The notes under the pieces were generated by a model. It was given only the letters and a program-made list of their open reading frames with translations. It was not told the origin of the DNA and ran no database searches. Of a stretch of 64,000 nt of DNA, positions 36,564-44,202 are shown piece after piece. Every line of letters starts with the position of its first letter. Within the stretch, counting starts at the first letter, position 1. The position numbers and the translations under genes are program-made. Source of the stretch: Verrucomicrobiia bacterium (lineage in GTDB: Bacteria; Verrucomicrobiota; Verrucomicrobiia; Limisphaerales; UBA11358); assembly GCA_049280815.1 (NCBI GenBank), contig JBAPQW010000087.1, positions 2,522 through 66,521 on the forward strand, given 5' to 3'.

Positions 36564-37829
36564 ATGCTTTACGACCGGTGGCGGAAAATTGCGGGAGAAC
36601 AGCGCAACGAACTGGCGCTGCGCGATACCGCTTCGGGGCGTCGCTGGACGTTCGCCGGACTGTTCGCTGCGGGTGAAAGCTGGAATGGAGCGCCGGTCTC
36701 CGACCCGGCCCGCACCTCCGACGTTATCTGCCCCCAGGGCCATTCGCCGGAATTCATCCTCGATTTGCTCGCCGCGTGGCGCGAAAATAAAATGGTTTGT
36801 CCGCTTGAACCGGGACAATCGCCGCCGGAAATCTCCCGGCCGTCAAAAAATTGTGTTCACTTCAAATTCACCTCGGCCACCGCCGGTGCGCCGCGCCTCG
36901 TCGCCCTCACGGCGGAACAGCTCATGGCCGATGCGGATAATATCGCCGTCACGATGGGCTTGCGCGCGGATTGGCCGAACTTGGGCGTCGTTTCCATGGC
37001 GCATTCGTATGGATTTTCCAATCTGGTGCTGCCGTTGCTGCTGCATGGCCTTCCCCTGATACTCGCGCCTGCGCCCTTGCCCGAAATCATCCGGCGCGCC
37101 GCTGAAAACGAACCGGCCATCACCCTCGCCGCGGTGCCGGCGCTGTGGCGCGCGTGGCATGAGGCGAAGGCGATTCCCGCCAGCGTGCGACTCGCCATTT
37201 CCGCCGGCGCGCCCCTGTCGGTGGATCTGGAACAGGTAATTTTCAAGTCCCGCGCGCTCAAAATCCACAATTTTTACGGCGCGTCCGAATGCGGCGGCAT
37301 CGCCTTTGACGCCGGTAAAACGCCGCGCACGGACGCCGAGCTGGTCGGAACGCCGATGCAAAATGTCAATTTGTCGCTCAACGAGCAGGGCTGTCTGGTG
37401 GTGCGCAGCCGCGCGGTGGCCGAAACGTATTGGCCGGGTGAATTGAATTCGCTCGGCGGCGGCGTTTTCCAGTCGGGCGACCTCGCGGAGTTGAAACAGG
37501 GCGCTGTTTTCTTGCAGGGACGGTTGGGGGATCAGATCAACATCGCCGGACGCAAACTATCGCCGGAAACCGTCGAGCGCGCGTTGCTCGCGCATCCGCA
37601 GGTCCGCGAGTGCCTGGTTTTAGGCGTGCCGAGCCATGACGAGGAACGGACGGAAACCATCGTCGCGGTCATCGTGGGGAGGGCGGCGGAGAAGGAATTG
37701 AAACACTTTCTGCTGCAAACGTTGCCCGCCTGGCAGGTCCCGCGCGAATGGCGTTTTGTCGAATCACTTTCGGCCAATGCCCGCGGGAAGCTTTCCCGCG
37801 CGGAATGGCGGCGGATTTTAATGACTTAA
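36564..37829 (+). CDS. AMP-dependent synthetase/ligase (adenylate-forming enzyme, short form)
   Basis: FKFTSATAGAPRLV (variant AMP-binding core). GDLAEL...QINIAGRKLSPETVE. C-terminal NARGKLSRAEW (catalytic Lys). 421 aa. Confidence 0.88.
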   Translation: MLYDRWRKIAGEQRNELALRDTASGRRWTFAGLFAAGESWNGAPVSDPARTSDVICPQGHSPEFILDLLAAWRENKMVCPLEPGQSPPEISRPSKNCVHFKFTSATAGAPRLVALTAEQLMADADNIAVTMGLRADWPNLGVVSMAHSYGFSNLVLPLLLHGLPLILAPAPLPEIIRRAAENEPAITLAAVPALWRAWHEAKAIPASVRLAISAGAPLSVDLEQVIFKSRALKIHNFYGASECGGIAFDAGKTPRTDAELVGTPMQNVNLSLNEQGCLVVRSRAVAETYWPGELNSLGGGVFQSGDLAELKQGAVFLQGRLGDQINIAGRKLSPETVERALLAHPQVRECLVLGVPSHDEERTETIVAVIVGRAAEKELKHFLLQTLPAWQVPREWRFVESLSANARGKLSRAEWRRILMT

Positions 37830-37883
37830 CACCGCCTCGGCTTTTTGTTTCCGGATCGCGCCGCTTGCTGCACTCTTGGATGC

Positions 37884-38600
37884 ATGGATTCGCCGCACAC
37901 GCGCGCACCCGGGGCTGGCTGGCTAAATCAGGCCTGGGTCCGTGGGCTCAAGTGGTGGCCGGCCAAGTTGATTGGCGCGACCCTCGGCATGGCGTTGTTT
38001 TTTGCCGCCTATTTCTGGGTGCTGCATCACCCGCTGTTCCCCGTCACCACCATGCCGCTCACCGCGGTTGACCGGCTGATCGGTTTCCGACCGGAAGCCC
38101 TGCCGCTCTATTTGTCGTTGTGGATTTATGTGACCCTCGTGCCCGCACTGCTGGTTGATCGCCGCGAGCTCGTGTCCTATGCCCTGGCCGCCGTCGGGAT
38201 CAGTGTCATCGGTCTGGGGATATTTCTCCTGTGGCCGACGACCGTGTTTTGGCCTGACGCTGACTGGTCGCAGCATCCGGCATTTGCGTTTCTCCAGTCG
38301 GTGGATGCCTCGGGCAACGCCTGTCCTTCCCTGCATGTGGCGTTTGCCATGTTCACCTCCATCTGGCTCAACCGCCTGCTAAGGCAGATCGGCGCCGGGC
38401 GCGGCCTGCGGGCGTTCAACTGGCTGTGGTGTCTGGGCATTCTGTATTCCACGGTCGCCATCCGCCAGCATGTCGCGCTCGATGTCCTCGCCGGAGCCGG
38501 ACTGGGGGCGGCTGTCGGCGTGATGCATCTGCGCTGGCTGCGCTTTTCAGCCGTATCCATGCAGCAGAAAAACCTTTTTACCACGGATGAACACCGATGA
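37884..38600 (+). CDS. PAP2-superfamily membrane protein (phosphatase / phosphotransferase-like)
   Basis: Multi-TM protein. Motifs CPSLHVAFAM and IRQHVALDVLAG (PAP2 C2/C3-like). An alternative start is at 37845. The last codons and the stop (FTTDEHR*) lie inside an ATCCGTG-type repeat. Confidence 0.75.
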   Translation: MDSPHTRAPGAGWLNQAWVRGLKWWPAKLIGATLGMALFFAAYFWVLHHPLFPVTTMPLTAVDRLIGFRPEALPLYLSLWIYVTLVPALLVDRRELVSYALAAVGISVIGLGIFLLWPTTVFWPDADWSQHPAFAFLQSVDASGNACPSLHVAFAMFTSIWLNRLLRQIGAGRGLRAFNWLWCLGILYSTVAIRQHVALDVLAGAGLGAAVGVMHLRWLRFSAVSMQQKNLFTTDEHR

Positions 38601-38612
38601 ACACGGATAGGA
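38575..38612 (-). repeat. ATCCGTG-type short repeat (inverted orientation), overlapping the 3' end of the PAP2 gene
   Basis: The reverse complement reads cctATCCGTGTTCATCGGTGTTCATCCGTGGTAAAAAg, nearly identical to 9525-9565. Confidence 0.55.
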
Positions 38613-38694
38613 AAAGGATTTTAGGCATGCTAAGGAATTCACTGATCAGTGAGGTTCTCCAAGGCTGCGTGAAGGTTTCTTTTTCTTGTCTAAA

Positions 38695-38722
38695 TCCGTG
38701 TTCATCCGTGGTTTAAATGAAT
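38695..38722 (+). repeat. ATCCGTG-type short repeat (single unit)
   Basis: ATCCGTGTTCATCCGTGGTTTAAATG. It is inverted relative to 38575-38612, so the two copies bracket about 82 bp. Confidence 0.5.
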
Positions 38723-38807
38723 GGTTACGGCTTCTTGCTGAAGGCCGCAGACTTTGAAACTGACATCCAAACGCGTTTGACTTCCCGGCATCTGTTGCCA
38801 AGTTAAG

Positions 38808-39575
38808 TTGATGGACGAACAACTGCGAACCGATTTGCCGGTGGCACCCTTGTCGCCGCATCGTCCGCTCTCCGAGTTCTACCGGGCATCGGCGGAACGA
38901 CAGCATTTTGTCAACGATCTGTTCGACGAGGCGGCGCCGGACTACGACTGGGTGAGCAGCCTGATGTCGTTTTGGAGCGACCGGTTCTATCGCCGGGCTG
39001 CTTTGCGGCGAGCCGGGTTACAGAGCGGCATGCAGGTGCTGGACGTGGCGAGTGGCACGGGATTGATGATCAAGGCCGCGCTGGAACTCGGAGTGGACCC
39101 CGCGCAGGTGACCGGCGTTGATCCCAGCCGGGGCATGCTGGCAAAGAATCGGGAACGCAACCCGGTCACGTTGCTGGAAGGCACGGGAGAAGCCCTCCCT
39201 TGTGCGGATGCTTCGTTCGATTTCGTGTGCATGGGTTACGCCCTGCGCCACGTTGAGGATTTGCGCAAGCTCTTCGGCGAATTCCATCGCGTGTTGCGGC
39301 CGGAGGGGCGGGTGTTGATCCTGGAGATCACCCGGCCAACCAGTGCGGTGGCGTTAAACTTGATGCGTTTCTACATGCAAAAGCTGGTGCCACGCCTGGG
39401 CTGGCTGCGCCGGCGGAACCGGTCCACGGCCAAGTTGATGCAATATTACTGGGCCACGATTGAAGAGTGTGTTCCACCCCCGGTCATCCTCTCGGCGCTG
39501 GAAGCCAGCGGCTTCAGGCAGGTCAAGCGCACCACCACCGGCGCGGTCTTGAGCGAATATGTAGCCAGGCGTTGA
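38808..39575 (+). CDS. UbiE/MenG-family SAM-dependent methyltransferase
   Basis: VLDVASGTGLMIKAA (motif I). LRPEGRVLILE. N-terminal YDWVSSLMSFW region typical of UbiE/COQ5-type enzymes. Confidence 0.85.
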   Translation: MMDEQLRTDLPVAPLSPHRPLSEFYRASAERQHFVNDLFDEAAPDYDWVSSLMSFWSDRFYRRAALRRAGLQSGMQVLDVASGTGLMIKAALELGVDPAQVTGVDPSRGMLAKNRERNPVTLLEGTGEALPCADASFDFVCMGYALRHVEDLRKLFGEFHRVLRPEGRVLILEITRPTSAVALNLMRFYMQKLVPRLGWLRRRNRSTAKLMQYYWATIEECVPPPVILSALEASGFRQVKRTTTGAVLSEYVARR

Positions 39576-39620
39576 CCGAACGCCGCCGAACGGAAGTGAA
39601 AGCGTTGCTGCGCCAGTGAC

Positions 39621-39689
39621 GTAGCGGCGACTCGGTAGAGCGCCGCCATTTTGAATTCAGTCAGCGGCGGTCTGCCGACCCGCCGCTAC
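39621..39689. repeat. Double-hairpin palindromic element, subtype 2 (intergenic)
   Basis: Left arm GTAGCGGCGACTCGGTAGAGCGCCGCC, spacer, right arm GCGGCGGTCTGCCGACCCGCCGCTAC. GCGGCG/CGCCGC stems. Confidence 0.75.
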
Positions 39690-39720
39690 GGAGCAGAAGT
39701 TCTCGTCCTCGCTTATCGAT

Positions 39721-39789
39721 GTAGCAGCGGACATGCGTCCGCTCATTCTCATCCTGCGAAAGTTAGAGCCGACTCATGTCGGCTGCTAC
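39721..39789. repeat. Double-hairpin palindromic element, subtype 1 (intergenic, tandem to the subtype-2 copy)
   Basis: GTAGCAGCGGACATGCGTCCGCTC, 21 nt, GAGCCGACTCATGTCGGCTGCTAC. Confidence 0.85.
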
Positions 39790-39806
39790 GGTGAAAGGTG
39801 ACGGCG

Positions 39807-40232
39807 TCAGCTTCCGCTGAGCGTCAATTCCGCCGTCAGAACAGTTTCACCGGCGACGCGGGCCGTTGCCTGCGCCTGAACCAGATTGCCGAGCCGTCCG
39901 GTGATGCGCGCTTCAAGCTGGATGATTTCGCCGGGTCTGGCGGTGCCAAGAATTTTCACATTTCGCAGCGCGGTAAGCTTCAGTCCGGCCAGCGGCGGGA
40001 TTTTCGGATCGCTTTGCGCCACCACGCCCGCCAGCTGCGCCGCCGCCTCGACGAGCAGCACGCCCGGAAAAAACGGCTGGCCGGGAAAATGGCCGCGCAA
40101 AAAAGGCTCGTCGCCGCGAACCTTGTATTCGCCTTCACCGTTTTGCCCCGGATCCAATTTCATCAGCCGGTCAATGAACCGGAACTCGGCACCGTGGGGC
40201 AGAAGACCCAAGGCTGTATCAAGATGTTTCAT
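39807..40232 (-). CDS. 3-hydroxyacyl-ACP dehydratase (FabZ/FabA hot-dog family)
   Basis: LLPHGAEFRFIDRL...RGHFPGQPFFPGVLLVEAAAQLAG (catalytic His and FabZ signature). 141 aa. Confidence 0.88.
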   Translation of the reverse strand: MKHLDTALGLLPHGAEFRFIDRLMKLDPGQNGEGEYKVRGDEPFLRGHFPGQPFFPGVLLVEAAAQLAGVVAQSDPKIPPLAGLKLTALRNVKILGTARPGEIIQLEARITGRLGNLVQAQATARVAGETVLTAELTLSGS

Positions 40233-40450
40233 TGTGTTGTGGCAGCCGATGGCGGGAAAACGATTTCACTGTTCGAACCCTAAACCCCCATTTTCGCCGC
40301 GTCCAGTTTGATTTTCCAATTCACGGCAGGAGGCGAGGTGACGAGTCTCCAATGAAATTCAAATCTTCCTTTCATTTTTGAAATGAGCCCCGTCAATTGT
40401 AAAAGAAAATTCATTCGCCTGCTGCCCGGTTTTTTTGCATATTGCGCCGG

Positions 40451-41332
40451 ATGAAATCCATGACAGGTTACGGTCGCGGCGAGAGCGCCCGGGACGGCTT
40501 CAAGATCACCGTGGAGCTCAGCGCGGTGAACCGCCGGCAGACGGAAATTTCCGTCAACCTGCCGCGCGAGCTGGACATGCTGGAAACGCCGGTGCGCGAC
40601 GCGATCAACCACCACATCGCGCGCGGACGCGTGGCCGCAAGGATATCCATCCACGCCGCCGAGGGCAAGCAATCGGCGCGCGCCCACATCAATCTGCCGC
40701 TGGCCAAGGCCTACATGACCGAACTCAACCGCCTCGCCAAGCAGCTCAAACTCGCCGACCAGGTGACGCTGGATCAACTGGTCCGCGCCCCCGGCGTGTT
40801 TCAATCGGACGAGGAACTGGTCAACGCCGACAATCTCTGGCCGGTCGTGGAAAAAGCGTTGAAACAGGCGCTGGCCGCCCTGGTGAAAATGCGCGAACGC
40901 GAGGGCGCGCATCTGGCACAGGATCTGACCACCCGCACCGGAGTCATGCGGCTCTGCACCGGGCGCATCCAGAAACAGGCGCCCCAGACGGCGGAGCGCT
41001 ACCGCCAGCAGCTCGTCGAGCGCATCCAGAGCGCCGGGCTGGAATCCCCCGCGCCGGACGACGAGCGTTTGTTGAAGGAAATTGTCCTGTTTGCCGATCG
41101 CTCGGATATTTCCGAGGAATTGACCCGGCTGCAAAGCCATTTCCAGCAGTTCGAAGACTGCCGGAAATCGAAGGAGCCGGTGGGCCGGACGCTGGACTTT
41201 CTCGCACAGGAAATGAACCGCGAAATCAACACCATCGGCTCGAAAGCCAATGACGCGCTGATTTCACGCGACGTCGTTACCTTGAAGGCGGAGTTGGAAA
41301 AGTTCCGCGAACAGGCGCAGAACGTGGAATGA
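40451..41332 (+). CDS. yicC: YicC/YloC-family stress-induced protein
   Basis: MKSMTGYGRGE N-terminus. C-terminal DFLAQEMNREINTIGSKAND motif. Confidence 0.9.
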   Translation: MKSMTGYGRGESARDGFKITVELSAVNRRQTEISVNLPRELDMLETPVRDAINHHIARGRVAARISIHAAEGKQSARAHINLPLAKAYMTELNRLAKQLKLADQVTLDQLVRAPGVFQSDEELVNADNLWPVVEKALKQALAALVKMREREGAHLAQDLTTRTGVMRLCTGRIQKQAPQTAERYRQQLVERIQSAGLESPAPDDERLLKEIVLFADRSDISEELTRLQSHFQQFEDCRKSKEPVGRTLDFLAQEMNREINTIGSKANDALISRDVVTLKAELEKFREQAQNVE

Positions 41333-41409
41333 AGAAGGAAGAATGCAGAATGAAGAATGCTTCCGTCAAAACCGGTTGTCTGGTTTCTTCATTCTTCACT
41401 CTTCATTCC
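41327..41409. repeat. Imperfect long inverted repeat (GAATGAAGA-type) spanning the yicC stop; possible terminator
   Basis: Left arm GGAATGAAGAAGGAAGAATGCAGAA. The right arm's reverse complement is GGAATGAAGAGTGAAGAATGAAGAA (22 of 25 matches). The loop is about 33 nt. Confidence 0.5.
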
Positions 41410-41425
41410 GCTTTCGATACAAAGC

Positions 41426-42049
41426 ATGACTGACCGAATTCAATCACCGCTTTTGATTGTCATCTCCGCCCCGTCCGGCGGCGGGAAAACGACCTTGTGC
41501 CAGCAATTGCTCGCGGCCCGGCCGGACATGACACGCGCGGTCACCTGCACCACCCGCGCGCCGCGCCCCGGCGAGAAGGACGGCGTGGATTATTATTTTT
41601 TTGACCCGACGGAATTTCAGGCGCGCGTGCGGGCGGGTGAATTCATCGAGCATGCGACGGTTTTTGGCCGCAGTTACGGCATTTTGCGTTCCGAGCTGCT
41701 GGATAAATTGCGCCGGGGCCGGGATGTGCTGCTGAACATAGACGTGCAAGGCGCCGCAACGATTCGTGACCGGACGCAGGCCGAGCCCGAATTGCGGCAG
41801 GCGCTGGTGACGGTCTTTTTGACCCCGCCCTCCATCCGGGTGCTGGAAGAGCGTTTGAAAAAGCGCGCGGCGGACGCGCCGGAGGAAATCCAAAAACGGC
41901 TCGGGGTCGCCCGGAAGGAAATCGCGCAGTGGAATCATTTTGATTACCTGCTGATCAGCTCGACCATCCCGGAGGATTTGCGGCGGATGCTGGCGATTGT
42001 CGACGCGGAGAAAATGCGCGCCGCGCGGGCGCAACCGCCGGAATTTTGA
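41426..42049 (+). CDS. gmk: Guanylate kinase
   Basis: Start at MTDRIQSPLLIVISAPSGGGKTTL (P-loop). ...TTRAPRPGEKDGVDYYF. The usual yicC-gmk synteny is present. Confidence 0.93.
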   Translation: MTDRIQSPLLIVISAPSGGGKTTLCQQLLAARPDMTRAVTCTTRAPRPGEKDGVDYYFFDPTEFQARVRAGEFIEHATVFGRSYGILRSELLDKLRRGRDVLLNIDVQGAATIRDRTQAEPELRQALVTVFLTPPSIRVLEERLKKRAADAPEEIQKRLGVARKEIAQWNHFDYLLISSTIPEDLRRMLAIVDAEKMRAARAQPPEF

Positions 42050-42135
42050 GCCGGCCGCTTTCGCATTCCGGGTTGCATCCAGCGTTATTCGCAGCCATTA
42101 CTTGACGCCGCACGCAACCCGCAACACGGTTATAT

Positions 42136-42678
42136 ATGAACAAAAACATCATTCTGGGCGTGACCGGCTCCATCGCCGCGCACAAGGCGGCCGACCTGGC
42201 CAGCCTGCTGACCAAACAAAAATGCAGCGTGCGGGTGGTGATGACCGCCGATGCGCAGCGGTTCATCACGCCGCTGCCTTTCAAGGTGCTCTCGCGCCAT
42301 CCGGTTGTCACCGACCTGTATGACGAGGAGGAAGGCTGGAAGCCGACGCACATTGAATGCGCCGACCAGGCCGGTCTTTTGCTGATCGCGCCGGCGACGG
42401 CGAATGTGCTGGCGAAGCTGGCCCAGGGGCTGGCGGACGATGCGTTGACGTGCATCGCGCTGGCGCTGAATCCGAAGGCAAAAATTTTAATCGCGCCGGC
42501 CATGAACGGCAAAATGTGGCTGCACCCGGCCACCCGGCAGAATGTAAAGACTCTGAAGGCGCGCGGCGCGGAATTCATTGGTCCGGACGAAGGAATGCTT
42601 TCGTGTGGCTACGAAGGTGTTGGCCGGATGTGGCCAGTGGAGCAGGTGGCGGCGCGAGCCCTGAAGCTCCTGGCTTAA
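42136..42678 (+). CDS. coaC: Phosphopantothenoylcysteine decarboxylase (stand-alone CoaC flavoprotein domain)
   Basis: GVTGSIAAHKA, APATANVLAKLA, APAMNGKMW and MLSCGYEGVGRM. Only 180 aa. No CoaB half follows. Confidence 0.82.
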   Translation: MNKNIILGVTGSIAAHKAADLASLLTKQKCSVRVVMTADAQRFITPLPFKVLSRHPVVTDLYDEEEGWKPTHIECADQAGLLLIAPATANVLAKLAQGLADDALTCIALALNPKAKILIAPAMNGKMWLHPATRQNVKTLKARGAEFIGPDEGMLSCGYEGVGRMWPVEQVAARALKLLA

Positions 42679-42702
42679 GGTGCCGCCCTTGCAAGTGCGG
42701 TC

Positions 42703-44202
42703 TTGCCCATGAAACCCTTGGATTGGCAAACGTTTAGAGGCCTGCCCAAGTTGCTGGCGACATCCCCGGCGGAGCCGCCGCAACAGGCTGAACGCATCGT
42801 GGCGGTGCAGCTCCACATCGTTTTGCCGGTCAAGGTGGGGGTGATCGCAGTTGTGCTCTATTACCTGTTTTATGCCGGCTGGTTTTCCGAAGAGCTGACC
42901 ACCCGCTGGGTGGTGCAGCAAACGCTGCAGAGATTCTTTCTGCTTTACGTTTTCTGCAACGCCGTGGCCGGCCTCGTGCTGTGGTTCTGGCGCCGGTTCC
43001 CGCCGGGCATTTTTCAATGGCTCGTATTTTCGCTGGGGCTGCTGGACGGCCTTTTTGTGGCGGAACTGACCATCCTGACCGGCGGCTTTGGCAGCACCAC
43101 CTACTGGCTTTTTCCCGGCTTGATTGTATTGAACGCCGTCAGCATTCCCCTGGCGACGCCGCAGATTACGCTCAATCTCCTGTTGAGCCTCTTCTACCTG
43201 AGCGCGGGAACCTTGTATGCCAACGTGCCTGATCCGACCTCCGGGAATCTGCCCCCCATTGCCTTCCATCCCGCCAACACCAACCTGATCGGATGGCTGC
43301 CGGGCACCAACGAGATTTCCCGGCCGATCCGGCCGATCCGGCCGATCCGGGTCAGCGACCTGCCTTACAGTTCGATGCCACCGGAAAATGCCGAAGGACC
43401 GGACCTGCCGCGGCTTTTCATGTTATGGCTCCTGACGGCGTGTTGTTATGGCGTGCAAGTACTGGCCGAACGACAGCGCCAGGCGGTGGAGGAAGCCCGT
43501 GAATTTGCCCTGCGCGAAGGACAACTGCATTCCGCCGGCCGGCTCGCCGCCGAATTTGCGCATCAAATCAAAAATCCGCTGGCCATCATCAACAACACCG
43601 CTTTTTCGCTCCAACGCGCCCTGCCGGGCGCCAAAACGGAACTGGCAGAGCAAATCGAGATCATCCAGGAGGAAGTCGCGCGGGCCGACCAGGTCATCAC
43701 GCAAATCATGGGCTATGCCCAATTAAGCGAAGGTCATGTCGAAAAACTCAATGTCATCGAGGAGATTGAACGGGCTCTGGCGCAGGTGTTTCCCGCCGCC
43801 GTCCCGACGGGCATACGGGTTCATCGCAATTTCGGCCAAGATTTGCCGCCGTTGCTGATGCAGCGCGGCCATTTGTCCGAAGCGTTCTCAAACCTTTTGC
43901 TGAATGCGCGGGAAGCGCTTGGGGCCCGGGGAAACGTGAGGGTCGCCGCCGACCGTCACCGCGATCATTCGGTGGAGATTTCCGTGCGGGACGACGGCCC
44001 TGGAATCGCCTCCGACAAGATCGGGCGGATCTTCGAGGCCTATTATACGACCAAGGAACGCGGGACGGGCCTGGGGCTGGCGATTGTGAAGCATAACGTT
44101 GAACTTTATGGCGGTTCGGTGCGCGTTGAATCCGAGCTTGGAAAAGGGGCGAAATTCACGTTAATCTTTCCGGCGAAAGCACTGATGAAACCAGCCAGAT
44201 GA
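42703..44202 (+). CDS. Sensor histidine kinase with polytopic N-terminal membrane domain
   Basis: About 6 TM helices. H-box EFAHQIKNPLAIINN. HATPase boxes NLLLNAREA, DDGPGI and GTGLGLAIV. Confidence 0.88.
   Translation: MPMKPLDWQTFRGLPKLLATSPAEPPQQAERIVAVQLHIVLPVKVGVIAVVLYYLFYAGWFSEELTTRWVVQQTLQRFFLLYVFCNAVAGLVLWFWRRFPPGIFQWLVFSLGLLDGLFVAELTILTGGFGSTTYWLFPGLIVLNAVSIPLATPQITLNLLLSLFYLSAGTLYANVPDPTSGNLPPIAFHPANTNLIGWLPGTNEISRPIRPIRPIRVSDLPYSSMPPENAEGPDLPRLFMLWLLTACCYGVQVLAERQRQAVEEAREFALREGQLHSAGRLAAEFAHQIKNPLAIINNTAFSLQRALPGAKTELAEQIEIIQEEVARADQVITQIMGYAQLSEGHVEKLNVIEEIERALAQVFPAAVPTGIRVHRNFGQDLPPLLMQRGHLSEAFSNLLLNAREALGARGNVRVAADRHRDHSVEISVRDDGPGIASDKIGRIFEAYYTTKERGTGLGLAIVKHNVELYGGSVRVESELGKGAKFTLIFPAKALMKPAR
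43321..43350 (+). repeat. Perfect 9-bp tandem repeat x3 inside the kinase gene
   Basis: (CGGCCGATC)x3 followed by CGG. It encodes RPIRPIRPIR in the linker between the membrane and kinase domains. Confidence 0.8.
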
